64,000 nucleotides of DNA from an uncultured Candidatus Saccharibacteria bacterium (GCA_964362305.1 CAYIDY010000001.1:1526-65525), one strand, 5' to 3'; counted from the stretch's first letter, positions 28,728-38,853 are shown. The notes: generated by a model from the letters alone, not told the origin. A program made the numbers and translations.

Positions 28728-30320
28728 GTGTCATTCTTTAAAACGTATTCATACGCTGCGCTCGCAGTCGCGTGTGTCCTCCTCATTATTCTGTGGCAAT
28801 TTTTGAATTCAACAGAAAATCCTGAAAATACGTATACCGTGACGGAGCAGCCATTACAGCGACTTATTGCATTCTCGGGAACTGTCGTACCGCATCAAAG
28901 TGTTGAATTAGCCTTCGAAGTATCCGGGCGCATAAACACCATTGCGGTTGATGTGGGAGACCGTGTTGAACGCGGAACGCTCTTGGCCCAGCTGGATACC
29001 ACGAGCATCGATGCTGCCCTCGCTGGCGAAAAGGCGGCTCTCGATTCTCAAAAGGCGAGCCTTGCTGCGCTCGAACGCGGTACGCGACCAGAAGAGAAGG
29101 CCGTTGCTCAAGCGGAGCTTGACCGCGCTGAATCGGCCGCGAGGGAATCTCGCCAGTCGCTCACCAATGCGCTTACCGAGGCGTATGCGACCGCAGATAC
29201 CGCCGTTCACAAGACGGCCGACCAGCTCTTTGACCAACCAAAAACATTGCCGCGTCTTTTGTATTATGGCAAAGACGCCGGCAGCATTCCCCGAATTGAA
29301 AGCTCGAGACTTACTATAGAAATAATGTTAAACGCGTGGTACTCGGACATTCGCGCACTCATTGGAAATGCTTTCACCTCGCCATTAGTTGCATTGGTCG
29401 CGACGACATTTACATCTGACTCCTCTCTGGAAGTAGGAATTGAATCTGCTCGCAAGAATCTCCTTGCGACCAACTACTTCCTGAACGAACTGATTGCGTA
29501 CGCACGCTCGATTATTCCTGGAGCAAACATCACACAGGCAGAAATTGACGCTTATGTTACGGCGCTTACCTTAGAACGTACGGCGATTCTGACTGAACTC
29601 ACGCAACTTAACGCAGCGGTTGAAGCGCTTTCCGATGCAGTGCAGGCCGAATCACTCGCTCAAGCGCGCTTTCAACTTTCCGAGGCTGGTAACGCTTCTG
29701 AAGAGCTCGACGGTGCGCGAGCACGGGTGAATGCTCAGGATGCGCGCGTTCGGGAGTTCGTGAGCAATCGTGACGCCTACATAGTTCGCAGCCCTTTTTC
29801 CGCTGTCGTGACGACGCGACAGGCAGAAGTGGGCGAACTCGCAACGGCAGGAACTCCTGTTTTTTCACTCGATGGCGACGGCGAATTGGAAATAGACGCG
29901 CGTATTTCTGAATTAGATGTCGTCGCGCTGCGTGTAGGAGATACGGCGGAAGTCGTCTTTGACGCACTGGAACAACGTGTGCCTACGTACGCTACGGTTG
30001 CTCATATTGACCCTGCCGAAACAGTGCTTGATGGAATTGCGGGGTATGGCGTAACGCTGACATTCAACGAGTTGCCACAGGGTGCGCGCGCGGGCATGTC
30101 TGTAGACGTCATAGTCAGTAAAATTGAAAGGGAACGGGCCCTAGCCGCGCAAATGGGTTTTATTCGAAAAGACAATGGAATTGCATACGTGCAGGTATTG
30201 GAAAATGGCAGAATTTCCGAGCGCGTAGTGACTCTGGGAATCACCATCCCCGGTAGTTTTGTTGAGCTTCTTAATGATGTGCGCCCCGGCGATGTATTAG
30301 TGCCGTATGTCGCACGCTAA
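28728..30320 (+). CDS. HlyD-family periplasmic adaptor (membrane fusion protein) of a tripartite ABC efflux pump
   Basis: N-terminal TM anchor, a long coiled-coil (Ala/Glu/Leu heptads) and a C-terminal beta-barrel/biotinyl-like region. It overlaps the permease gene by 14 nt. Confidence 0.75.
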   Translation: MSFFKTYSYAALAVACVLLIILWQFLNSTENPENTYTVTEQPLQRLIAFSGTVVPHQSVELAFEVSGRINTIAVDVGDRVERGTLLAQLDTTSIDAALAGEKAALDSQKASLAALERGTRPEEKAVAQAELDRAESAARESRQSLTNALTEAYATADTAVHKTADQLFDQPKTLPRLLYYGKDAGSIPRIESSRLTIEIMLNAWYSDIRALIGNAFTSPLVALVATTFTSDSSLEVGIESARKNLLATNYFLNELIAYARSIIPGANITQAEIDAYVTALTLERTAILTELTQLNAAVEALSDAVQAESLAQARFQLSEAGNASEELDGARARVNAQDARVREFVSNRDAYIVRSPFSAVVTTRQAEVGELATAGTPVFSLDGDGELEIDARISELDVVALRVGDTAEVVFDALEQRVPTYATVAHIDPAETVLDGIAGYGVTLTFNELPQGARAGMSVDVIVSKIERERALAAQMGFIRKDNGIAYVQVLENGRISERVVTLGITIPGSFVELLNDVRPGDVLVPYVAR

Positions 30321-31587
30321 ATTCGAGTCTCCGAAAATGCTCGTCACGCTGCGCGTGGCGCTCTTTCTTGCACGACGCTACATTGTTCGCACAAATCCAT
30401 GGCAGACGATTCTCGTCGTTTTTGTCATGATGCTGACATTCTTGAACCTTGTAGTTGTAAACGGCATTCTCGTTGGACTCATAGACGGTGCCGTTTTTGG
30501 ATACAAGAAGAACTATGCAGGCGACTTGTTGATTCAAAAAATGCCTGAAAAAGATCAAATTGACCATGCGTCCGCGATTCTTGCAGCGCTTGAAAGCGAG
30601 CCAGGCATTCTTGCTTATTCTCCACGAATAGTTGAAGCGGGAACGATAGAAGCACATTTTAGAGAGTCAGTGGCATTTCCTGACGAGGTTCGAGACCGCG
30701 TTGGTGTAGCAGTTGTTGGGCTCGATATTGGCAAAGAAGCATCCGTCACTTCACTCACGACATCCGTCGTGGAAGGTGAGTTTCTTACTGAAACGGATGA
30801 TGATTATGTTGTGATTGGTGGCAATCTTATTGACCGATATTTCCCCGCTGCCATCGGTTTACAAACACTCTCCAATGTTTTTCCCGGCGACCGTGTTCGC
30901 ATAGAAGTAGGTTCTGTTGCTCGTGAATTCAAAATTAAGGGCATTGTCCGCACAAAAGCAGACAATGCTGATCTCCGCGTGTACATGCTTGCGTCGCAGC
31001 TCAAAAAGATGCGAAATGGGCTCGATTCTTCCCCGCTTGATGAGTTTGCAATAAAAATTGCACCGAATACATCTCTTGAAACGGTGCGCGCGCGCATACT
31101 GTCCTATGGAATAGGGGCACTCGCACTTGTGCAAACGAGCGAAGAGGCTATTGGAGAATTTATTGATGAAATAAAGGACACGTTCGCAATTCTTGGCAAC
31201 ATTATTGGAAGTATTTCGGTTATCGTCGCGTCTATCACGATCTTTATCATCATTTTCATCACCGCAATCACACGACAAAAGTACATTGGCATTCTAAAAG
31301 GAATTGGCATATCTGGCCTTACCATTGAGTTCTCATATGTCTTTCTCTCCCTGTTCTACTCACTTCTTGGAATCACGGGAGGCGTTCTTATTCTCTACGG
31401 CGTACTTGTCCCCTATTTCGAGGCACACCCCATCGACTTCCCCTTTAGCTGGGGCGTTTTGAGTGTGACCGAACTTGGCGTCGTTGTGCGCAGTTCAATT
31501 CTCGCCATCACTACTATCATTGCAGGTTACATCCCGGCACGGCTCATTGTTAAACGCAATACCTTAGACTCTATTCTCGGACGATAA
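30307..31587 (+). CDS. ABC transporter permease, MacB/FtsX-like
   Basis: N-terminal TM, a large extracytoplasmic MacB-like domain, and a C-terminal FtsX 3-TM bundle. Confidence 0.8.
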   Translation: MSHAKFESPKMLVTLRVALFLARRYIVRTNPWQTILVVFVMMLTFLNLVVVNGILVGLIDGAVFGYKKNYAGDLLIQKMPEKDQIDHASAILAALESEPGILAYSPRIVEAGTIEAHFRESVAFPDEVRDRVGVAVVGLDIGKEASVTSLTTSVVEGEFLTETDDDYVVIGGNLIDRYFPAAIGLQTLSNVFPGDRVRIEVGSVAREFKIKGIVRTKADNADLRVYMLASQLKKMRNGLDSSPLDEFAIKIAPNTSLETVRARILSYGIGALALVQTSEEAIGEFIDEIKDTFAILGNIIGSISVIVASITIFIIIFITAITRQKYIGILKGIGISGLTIEFSYVFLSLFYSLLGITGGVLILYGVLVPYFEAHPIDFPFSWGVLSVTELGVVVRSSILAITTIIAGYIPARLIVKRNTLDSILGR

Positions 31588-31588
31588 T

Positions 31589-32308
31589 ATGGCACTCATT
31601 AAAGCAACTGGCGTTAAGAGAATTTTTAAAGTCGGCAGCATTGAAGTGCATGCGCTTCGCGGTGTTGATATTGAAATTGAGCAAGGAGAGTTCGTCGCCA
31701 TTATCGGCAAATCAGGTGCAGGAAAAAGTACTCTGATGTATCAGCTCTCAATTCTTGACCACCCGACCGAGGGCACGATTGAAATAGATGGCCACATTAC
31801 CGAGCGTATGTCATCAGCAGAACGCACGAGTTTTCGCCTCAATAAGCTCGGGTACGTCTTTCAGGATTACGCGCTCGTTCCTGAATTAACTGCTGAAGAG
31901 AACGTGATGCTCCCTCTCTTAATGCGCGGCGACGGCGCAATAAGCGCTCGACTAAAGGCTCGTGCAGTTCTCGATAGGCTCGGGCTTGAAGACCGCGTTG
32001 ACAGACGCCCGGGAAGGTTGTCCGGCGGCGAACAGCAGAGGGTCTCTATTGCGCGCGCTATAGCTCATGACCCCGTTATTCTATTCGCTGATGAGCCGAC
32101 GGCCAATCTCGACACTGAAACATCAGCGCAACTGCTGCAGTATATGCAAGACTTACACCGCGCTGGTCAAACTATTGTCATGGTCACGCATGAACTTGAG
32201 TACGCTGCTAAAGCGCAGCGCGTTATTGTAGTTGAGGATGGAAGAATAAAGAAAGCTGGTACCCCAAAAGAATTGGAGCTCCATCAACGAAGAGTGCATC
32301 AGTCTTAG
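31589..32308 (+). CDS. ABC transporter ATP-binding protein (MacB/LolD-type)
   Basis: Walker A GKSGAGKST, signature LSGGEQQR, Walker B ILFADEPT. Confidence 0.9.
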   Translation: MALIKATGVKRIFKVGSIEVHALRGVDIEIEQGEFVAIIGKSGAGKSTLMYQLSILDHPTEGTIEIDGHITERMSSAERTSFRLNKLGYVFQDYALVPELTAEENVMLPLLMRGDGAISARLKARAVLDRLGLEDRVDRRPGRLSGGEQQRVSIARAIAHDPVILFADEPTANLDTETSAQLLQYMQDLHRAGQTIVMVTHELEYAAKAQRVIVVEDGRIKKAGTPKELELHQRRVHQS

Positions 32309-34086
32309 CGTCTCGACTTCGAGCGATCGGTTGATGACAGTGCTTGTTTTCTCAAGCGCGTGCTAACGGGGGTTATTTCCAAATACTCGTCTTCACCCAT
32401 AACTTCAAGTCCACGCTCGATCGTGAGACTGAATGGCGGAACAAGATTGATAGCGTCGTCAGTACCGGAAGAGCGCACGTTGGTGAGATTCTTTCCTTTT
32501 GTCGGATTTACTTCCATCTCGTCACCCTTTGATGTATTACCAATCACCATACCTTCGTACACTTCAACACCGTGACCGATATATAGAAGTCCGCGCTCCT
32601 GTAAATTCCACAGCGCGTAGCCTGCCGCTTTACCGCTCACCATTGAAATCATCGAGCCGGTGTGGCGCTTGGTGATGGTTCCTTCAAAGTGTTTGAAGCC
32701 AGTAACGCGACTGGAGAGAATACCCTCGCCTTTTGTATCAATCACGAATTGGTTTCGATAGCCCAGAAGCCCACGCGTTGGTCCTTCAAATGTGAGGCGC
32801 ACTGTTTCGTGCTGCACTAGATTTTGGAGCACAAATCCTCGTTGACCTAATCGTTCAATGATTGCGCCCTGATATTCCGATGGTGTATCTACAATGACTT
32901 CTTCAAACGGCTCGACTTTCTTGCCGTTCTCTTCGCGCGTAATAACTTGAGGTTGAGAGACTTGGATTTCGTATCCTTCACGACGCATGTTTTCGAGGAG
33001 GATGGCGACGTGCAATTCACCACGGCCGGATACTTTAAAGACATCCGTTCCGGAGAAGTCGATACGGAGTCCGACATTCACTTCGAGTTCGTGCTCAAGT
33101 CGTTCACGAATTTGACGAGTAGTAACGAACTTCCCTTCGCGACCGCCAAACGGCGAATTATTCACAAGGAAGTTCAAGGTAATCGTCGGTTCATCGACTG
33201 CGATAGCTGGAAGCGGCTCAACGCTTTGGTCGGTTGTCACTGTTTCTCCAATTTCAATATCTGGAATACCCGCAATCATCACAATGTCTCCCGCGGAGGC
33301 GCTTTTGGTTTCTACGCGGCGCAAACCTTCGAATGTGAACATTTTGGTGAGCTTGCCTGCGCGCGATGTGCCGTCCGGCTTTTTCGCAAACACAGCCGCA
33401 GTATCAGTAATCACGCCTTCATACACACGGCAAATCGCCATGCGACCGAGAAAGTTGTCGTATGCCAAATTGAAGGGCTGCATTCGCAAAGACTTGTCTG
33501 CCGCCCCTTCCGTGCTCGCGACAGTCACCTTTTCCAAAATAACATCAAGAAGCGGGGTGAGGTCATTTGAATCGTCTTGAAGTTTGCGCTTTGCAATTCC
33601 TTGTTTGCCGATTGCATAGACAACAGTGAATTCGCACTGTTCGTCGTTTGCGCCGAGCTCAAGAAAAAGTTCCAGCACCTGCTCCTCTGCACGTGCAGGG
33701 TCTGCTGCAGGCTTGTCAATTTTATTGATTACAACAATCGGCTTAAGGCCAAGTTCAAGAGATTTCTTTAGAACGAAACGTGTCTGTGGCATCGGGCCTT
33801 CCTGGGCGTCTACCACAAGAAGAACAGAGTCAATTGAGCGCAAAACACGTTCGACTTCTGAACCAAAGTCCGCGTGCCCTGGCGTGTCCACAATGTTTAT
33901 CTTCGTGCCCTTATACATCACGGCGGCATTCTTCGCATAAATAGTGATGCCACGCTCACGTTCGAGCTTATTTGAGTCCATCGTGACCCCCTCTTCTGCA
34001 GCCCCAGTCTGACGCAAAATAGCGTCCGTCAGGGTGGTTTTCCCGTGGTCAACGTGGGCAATTATGGCTATATTTCGTATTTCCAT
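32305..34086 (-). CDS. typA: translational GTPase TypA/BipA
   Basis: G-domain [24 protein letters not shown]-like domains are spread across the 593-aa ORF. Confidence 0.95.
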   Translation of the reverse strand: MEIRNIAIIAHVDHGKTTLTDAILRQTGAAEEGVTMDSNKLERERGITIYAKNAAVMYKGTKINIVDTPGHADFGSEVERVLRSIDSVLLVVDAQEGPMPQTRFVLKKSLELGLKPIVVINKIDKPAADPARAEEQVLELFLELGANDEQCEFTVVYAIGKQGIAKRKLQDDSNDLTPLLDVILEKVTVASTEGAADKSLRMQPFNLAYDNFLGRMAICRVYEGVITDTAAVFAKKPDGTSRAGKLTKMFTFEGLRRVETKSASAGDIVMIAGIPDIEIGETVTTDQSVEPLPAIAVDEPTITLNFLVNNSPFGGREGKFVTTRQIRERLEHELEVNVGLRIDFSGTDVFKVSGRGELHVAILLENMRREGYEIQVSQPQVITREENGKKVEPFEEVIVDTPSEYQGAIIERLGQRGFVLQNLVQHETVRLTFEGPTRGLLGYRNQFVIDTKGEGILSSRVTGFKHFEGTITKRHTGSMISMVSGKAAGYALWNLQERGLLYIGHGVEVYEGMVIGNTSKGDEMEVNPTKGKNLTNVRSSGTDDAINLVPPFSLTIERGLEVMGEDEYLEITPVSTRLRKQALSSTDRSKSRR

Positions 34087-34092
34087 AGTATT

Positions 34093-34125
34093 TCAAAAAA
34101 AATTGCCCCCGCTTGCAGGGCAAGT
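34093..34125 (-). terminator. rho-independent terminator after gene 34191..34559
   Basis: TTGCCC (34103-08) pairs with GGGCAA (34118-23), with an A8 run on the plus strand (T8 on minus) directly after the stem. Confidence 0.6.
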
Positions 34126-34190
34126 TGCACCATAGTACAGGAGAACCGTCAAAAATCAAAGCATTCTGTGAATCGTGCGAAAGGACATTG

Positions 34191-34559
34191 TTAGGCTAGT
34201 GTATCCCCCAACTGCACAGAGTCCTTCTTTGGTGCAATTAAGACCCACCCATCTCCCTCGGTATTCTTGAAACCAAGCGTTAGAACTTCTGATGTGAATC
34301 CAGCAACTTTCTTTGGCGCAAAATTTACGACGCAGCATACGAGAGAGCCAAGAAGCTCTTCTTTCGTGTGCGCGCCAACCGCTTGTGCACTCGATGACTT
34401 GATGCCAATTTCCGGCCCAAAATCGATTTTGAATTTGAAAGCAGGTTTTCGCGCTTCGGGAAAGTCGGAAATATCAATAATTTTTCCGACTCGGATATCC
34501 ACTTTGTGGAAATCATCGTATGCAATCTTCGGCAGCAACTCCGTCATGATTACGAGCAC
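34191..34559 (-). CDS. tRNA-binding domain protein (CsaA/EMAP-like)
   Basis: OB-fold tRNA-binding signature (HKVDIRVGKIIDI...VNFAPKK..GF.SEVL). Confidence 0.8.
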   Translation of the reverse strand: MLVIMTELLPKIAYDDFHKVDIRVGKIIDISDFPEARKPAFKFKIDFGPEIGIKSSSAQAVGAHTKEELLGSLVCCVVNFAPKKVAGFTSEVLTLGFKNTEGDGWVLIAPKKDSVQLGDTLA

Positions 34560-35323
34560 GTAAGTTCTACTACGTGTGCATCGTGCTCAGATAGTTTGAC
34601 CTCTGTAGCTTTCCCAAGGAGTGACGCCCCATTGAGTGTCACGTTTTTGACGTTTGACGGAAGCTGAATTGATATTGAGTACGTCAGTAACTTCATCGAA
34701 AGTACCCCTTTCGATGTGCCATCAACATGCAGCGACACCCCTGGAAGTGTAATGCTCGACGAGCCCCCACTTTCGAGAGGCTCGCTCGGGAGCTTCAGCC
34801 CCGGAATGGTGATGGGAATCGAGTTTGCTGGATACAGTGTCTGGCACCCATTATTTTTTATAGTGATGTCCACTGCAGTTTGCTGCATCACGACAACGCC
34901 AACAGCAAGCACTGTGACGAAACCAAGCGGGCCTTTTGCGTGTCGGAAAACGCGCCCCCAATGCGAGACTTTGTCAGATGAACCGCCTTTTTCTGCGACA
35001 CTCATTTCAACGCGCACGCGCTCGACCTCGGTACCTAACTGCTTCCAAGTCGAAATAAATAACAATAGCCATTTCTTTCTCCCTTTCTCTTCTTCTGTGT
35101 TTTCAGGCAAACGTTCGGCAGAGAGACTTACCACGTCACCGTCTACCATCTTGTCCCAGGTCGAAAGATGCCGGTCAAGACTCGATAGATGTTGATCTAT
35201 GGCTGGATTTACTCCTTGAATTAGTGTGCGTATCTGTGAAAATGCTTGTCGAGATGTGAGTGGTTCGAGTAGCAATGCTTGCGCAGCTGCAATTTTTCGA
35301 TGGGCCTCATTCTTTTGTGGCAT
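34550..35323 (-). CDS. hypothetical single-pass membrane protein with beta-rich extracytoplasmic domain
   Basis: 257 aa: a roughly 125-aa cytoplasmic N-region, a TM helix GPLGFVTVLAVGVVVM, then a Ser/Thr/Leu-rich ectodomain. It overlaps the downstream CsaA-like gene by 10 nt. Confidence 0.55.
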   Translation of the reverse strand: MPQKNEAHRKIAAAQALLLEPLTSRQAFSQIRTLIQGVNPAIDQHLSSLDRHLSTWDKMVDGDVVSLSAERLPENTEEEKGRKKWLLLFISTWKQLGTEVERVRVEMSVAEKGGSSDKVSHWGRVFRHAKGPLGFVTVLAVGVVVMQQTAVDITIKNNGCQTLYPANSIPITIPGLKLPSEPLESGGSSSITLPGVSLHVDGTSKGVLSMKLLTYSISIQLPSNVKNVTLNGASLLGKATEVKLSEHDAHVVELTCS

Positions 35324-35389
35324 ACCACGAATATAGCGCGAGACTAACTACGTGTCAGGTGCACTCGGTGCGCAAGCAATCACACAGAT

Positions 35390-35431
35390 ATCCTGCAAGG
35401 CTAGACCCTTCAGAATATAGCCTTGCAGGAT
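35390..35431. repeat. palindromic element copy 2 (ATCCTGCAAGGCTA-N14-TAGCCTTGCAGGAT)
   Basis: Perfect 14-bp inverted repeat sharing the TGCAAGGCT core, followed by TTGACCTTTTTTTG. It lies in the divergent intergenic region between 34550..35323 and 35459..36742. Confidence 0.6.
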
Positions 35432-35458
35432 TGACCTTTTTTTGTGTAGACTTCAGCC

Positions 35459-36742
35459 ATGAGTCCAGAGGGTTCCGAATCCCAGCGCAACTCTCAAGGC
35501 AAAGAAGGTCTCGCTATTCGAGCATCGTGGGGAAAGGATCCAGTAATAAGCCATGTTGTATGTTCGTTGCTGGAACGCGAGGATGTAACACCACAGCAAA
35601 TTGTCTCTATTGTCTCCCGAATCAAAAAAGACGATCAGGCTCTTAGTGTAGATATGCTGAAGCAATTTGTGGTGCGTGCAGGCAGCAGAAAAACTGCAGT
35701 GACAGTTCTAAAAGGGCTTCAGTCTGGCCCCGCAACGGATGACGCAAGACTTTTGCCAGAGCGTCTCAATGATTTGTTGAGACTTACCCCGCAGAAAAAT
35801 ATGTCACCGTGGCTGCACTATAATCGAGCAAGAACGCTGGGCGCACTCCTCCTTGCTAATCCGTCGGTCTCAAAGGATTTGATTGTTAAAGCATTACGAG
35901 AACATTGCAATATCCCAACACTACAGGTTTCTGCATTGAATAAACCTCTTGCGCGCTGGAAAAATACATCCGCCGATCGTTCACAAGATCCTCGCCAGTC
36001 ATTCGCTGCCGCCTTATGTAAGGATTGTCAAATATTTGACCCTAAATTATACGGTGAAATGATACCGCTCGCGAGGAAAATTGCAGAACAAATGTCAGAA
36101 ATTTCTAAGGAAGTTCATATTCGACGTTCTGAAGGAACTAAGGAAGGACTCAGCCCTGGTCGAATTGAGCGCTTGCAAACTCGGATTCGTTCAGCGATTA
36201 AAAGCCTGCGCTCCCCTGAATTCACATTGCCCGCCCTCTCGGAAGCAGCTCAACATCGGCTCGAATACGCACCTTATGCGTCCTTTGTAGAAAGCTTGCG
36301 CTCCGAAGACTCGTTCTCTACACCTCACATCCGGGCGTATCTTACTAAACAAGCGTATCCCGTACGCGGCTTTGTTGCTCGCGAAGTACTGGTTACAGCA
36401 CTTACAATCGACTTTAACCTTGAAGGAGGAACGGGACCTTCGCGCGAAATTGCACGAAGGATACTTGCGCTACTAAAAGAGGAAATGCGTGAGCAGCAAA
36501 ACACCGACTCCTCGCCTTTTTCAACATGTCTCGTTCATTCGATGTTGAAACGGGATTCCAATCGGGAACCGATCTTGAGCTGTGAATGGAGGGATACAAG
36601 GGCTCAATGGATACGTTGGAGTAAGGAACGCAGGATGTCTGCTTCTCAAATAGGCGCACGAAAATTCCAAGTTGACATAAATGCAATTGAAAGATTGGCT
36701 TCAGAATCATCTGTTGCTTCCGTGAAGAAGCGGAATGAATGA
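35459..36742 (+). CDS. hypothetical cytoplasmic protein (427 aa), no recognisable domain
   Basis: Long ORF with balanced composition and no TM segment. No catalytic motif identified by eye. Confidence 0.6.
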   Translation: MSPEGSESQRNSQGKEGLAIRASWGKDPVISHVVCSLLEREDVTPQQIVSIVSRIKKDDQALSVDMLKQFVVRAGSRKTAVTVLKGLQSGPATDDARLLPERLNDLLRLTPQKNMSPWLHYNRARTLGALLLANPSVSKDLIVKALREHCNIPTLQVSALNKPLARWKNTSADRSQDPRQSFAAALCKDCQIFDPKLYGEMIPLARKIAEQMSEISKEVHIRRSEGTKEGLSPGRIERLQTRIRSAIKSLRSPEFTLPALSEAAQHRLEYAPYASFVESLRSEDSFSTPHIRAYLTKQAYPVRGFVAREVLVTALTIDFNLEGGTGPSREIARRILALLKEEMREQQNTDSSPFSTCLVHSMLKRDSNREPILSCEWRDTRAQWIRWSKERRMSASQIGARKFQVDINAIERLASESSVASVKKRNE

Positions 36743-36768
36743 GTCTCGAGTCTTTTTATTCTCGCAGT

Positions 36769-38028
36769 CTACTCTACGAAGGTCAGAGCCTTCCCTACTT
36801 GGCCAGCGCGTCCGGTACGGCCAATGCGGTGAATGTAGTCTTCGTAGCTACCTGGTTGATCAAAGTTAATGACGTGAGACACTTTTGGAATATCGAGTCC
36901 GCGAGCGGCGACATCAGTAGCTACAAGAATGTGCACTTTCTCGTCCTTGAAGAGCTTAAGGGCACGTTGACGCTGATTGTGTGATTTGTTTCCGTGTATT
37001 GACTCACTGTTGAAGCCTTTTTGTTTTAGAGCCGCAGACAATTTTTCAACACCATGCTTTGTGCGGCCGAACACAATAACTTTTGTGAAGTCGCGATCTT
37101 CTAAGAGCTCAGCAAGATGGTCGATTTTTGTTTTGCCTGGCAGAACGCGCACGATGTCTTGGTCGACATTGCGTGAGGTATCTTGCTTTTTTACCGAGAT
37201 TCTCTCTGGTTCGTTGAGAAATTCATGAATCAGATTTTCGATTTCTCGCGAGAGAGTTGCGGAGAAAAACAGCGTGTGACGCTCTTTTGGCATTGTGCCC
37301 AAGATGTCCCGAACACTATCGATGAATCCCATGTCGAGCATGCGGTCTGCTTCGTCTAGCACCACATTGCTGCATTTTGCGAGATTAATTTCCTTGCGCT
37401 CCATCAGATCCATGATGCGCCCAGGCGTTCCGATAAGAAACTGCGCGCCCTGGCGAAGTGAGCGAATTTGAGAACTCATGCTCGCACCGCCAATGACGAG
37501 TGCTGAATACAATGGTAGTCCTGCAGCAAACATACGGAACTCGTCTGCAATTTGAACTGCAAGCTCTCGTGTAGGTGCCAAAATAAGGACATTCTGTCCT
37601 GGATTCTTGAGCACTTTATCAAGTAGAGGAATAAGAAACGCTCCCGTTTTGCCGGTCCCTGTTTCTGCAAGTCCCACTACGTCACGTCCTGTGAGCGCGA
37701 GCGGAATTGCGGCGTCTTGAATAGGTGTTGGGGTCGTATAGCCTTTCTTGGCGATGTTTGATTTCAAACGCTCATCAATAGCAAAGTCGCTAAATGTGTG
37801 TTTTGAAACAAAAGGAGTCGACTCTTCGCGCACCTCTGCTTTTTGAATAAATTTTGAGTGATGGATACTCGAACCTCGATTTCGGTTATTTTGAGGACGT
37901 CGAAAAGCGCCACCGCGTGATGTGCTCTGCGGGCGACGCGAAAATCCGCCACCGCGGCTTCCGCGAGCGCTCTGTGAACTTGACCGGCTAAATGAACGTC
38001 CAGAGGACGTGTTACTTCTTTGATACAT
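36769..38028 (-). CDS. DEAD-box ATP-dependent RNA helicase with N-terminal RG/S-rich region
   Basis: Q-motif, GTGKT, DEAD (VLDEADRMLDMGF), SAT and HRIGRTGR motifs. The N-terminal 70 aa are Arg/Gly/Ser-rich. Confidence 0.9.
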   Translation of the reverse strand: MYQRSNTSSGRSFSRSSSQSARGSRGGGFSRRPQSTSRGGAFRRPQNNRNRGSSIHHSKFIQKAEVREESTPFVSKHTFSDFAIDERLKSNIAKKGYTTPTPIQDAAIPLALTGRDVVGLAETGTGKTGAFLIPLLDKVLKNPGQNVLILAPTRELAVQIADEFRMFAAGLPLYSALVIGGASMSSQIRSLRQGAQFLIGTPGRIMDLMERKEINLAKCSNVVLDEADRMLDMGFIDSVRDILGTMPKERHTLFFSATLSREIENLIHEFLNEPERISVKKQDTSRNVDQDIVRVLPGKTKIDHLAELLEDRDFTKVIVFGRTKHGVEKLSAALKQKGFNSESIHGNKSHNQRQRALKLFKDEKVHILVATDVAARGLDIPKVSHVINFDQPGSYEDYIHRIGRTGRAGQVGKALTFVE

Positions 38029-38190
38029 ACGTATTCGTGCGGCAGTGCCGCTTAATGATTATTTCAACAATCTTGAGCGAGTTTCAGCCTAGGAGATACA
38101 GGCCGGTCTCGAGAGATAGCTCAAGACGATAAACTAGAGAAAGTTGACTTGGCAACTCTACAATACCCTTAATCATCCGTCAATGGCCTG

Positions 38191-38209
38191 ATGCAAGGCT
38201 TAGCCTTGC
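38191..38209. repeat. palindromic element copy 3 (ATGCAAGGCT-T-AGCCTTGC)
   Basis: Same core as copy 1 with a similar downstream flank GGGTTTGTTAGCGGCG. It lies between the DEAD-box helicase start and the stop of 38217..38426. Confidence 0.55.
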
Positions 38210-38216
38210 GGGTTTG

Positions 38217-38426
38217 TTAGCGGCGGGCGAGCATTTGCTCCTTCACGCAGTCCAGGCAGGTCTTCTGGCGAGGTCGGGTCGAAATGTACTTATTGCCACA
38301 ATCGCACTCCAGAATCTTGCTTTTCAGGGGCTTATATACGTAAACGCCCGGTGTCGGCTTCTTTGCCTCGACCTTCAGAGAGGCTTTTGGTGCCGGAGTC
38401 TTCTTTTGTTTCTTTTTGGTAGCCAT
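38217..38426 (-). CDS. small basic zinc-ribbon protein
   Basis: 69 aa with a Lys-rich N-terminus, then CDCG...C..C (ECDCGNKYISTRPRQKTCLDC). Confidence 0.45.
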   Translation of the reverse strand: MATKKKQKKTPAPKASLKVEAKKPTPGVYVYKPLKSKILECDCGNKYISTRPRQKTCLDCVKEQMLARR

Positions 38427-38434
38427 GCAGTAAA

Positions 38435-38458
38435 AAATCGCACCCTTCTTGGTGCGAT
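38435..38458 (-). terminator. terminator-like hairpin in the leader of the zinc-ribbon gene
   Basis: AATCGCACC (38435-43) pairs with GGTGCGATT (38450-58). On the minus strand the stem is followed by TTTTT and then ACTGC-ATG. It is preceded by TTGACA (38499-38494), 17 nt, then CATTAT. Confidence 0.55.
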
Positions 38459-38556
38459 TCCTTCAGGCGCATAATGACAGAAATTCGATAGAATGTCAAT
38501 TTTTTAGAGAAAGGGCCGCCGATTATTCATCAAACGGCCCTGACCCAGCGCGAGAT

Positions 38557-38853
38557 TTACTCCCGCTTGACGAAGTGTGATGCGGCACCAAGAAAGCTGT
38601 CTATACTTCGGAGACCCGGAGTCGGTTCGGGCTTTATTCCGAGCCATTCCTCCAAATCACCCTGAGGTTGCTCGAGAGTGAGCTGCCTCAGAACTTCAAT
38701 TTCATTGATACCGAGAACCTTCGCCATTTCAGAAATATCAATCACGATTCGCATCGTGGGTCCTTTCTCTTGCTGGGGTGGCATAGTTGCCACCCGCACT
38801 AGACCAAAAAAGATTTCATTCTGCAAGTTTTTAGCGAATCGAGAAATCAGCAC
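38557..38853 (-). CDS. hypothetical protein
   Basis: 98 aa. Possible internal start at MPPQQEK... No domain recognised. Confidence 0.4.
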   Translation of the reverse strand: MLISRFAKNLQNEIFFGLVRVATMPPQQEKGPTMRIVIDISEMAKVLGINEIEVLRQLTLEQPQGDLEEWLGIKPEPTPGLRSIDSFLGAASHFVKRE

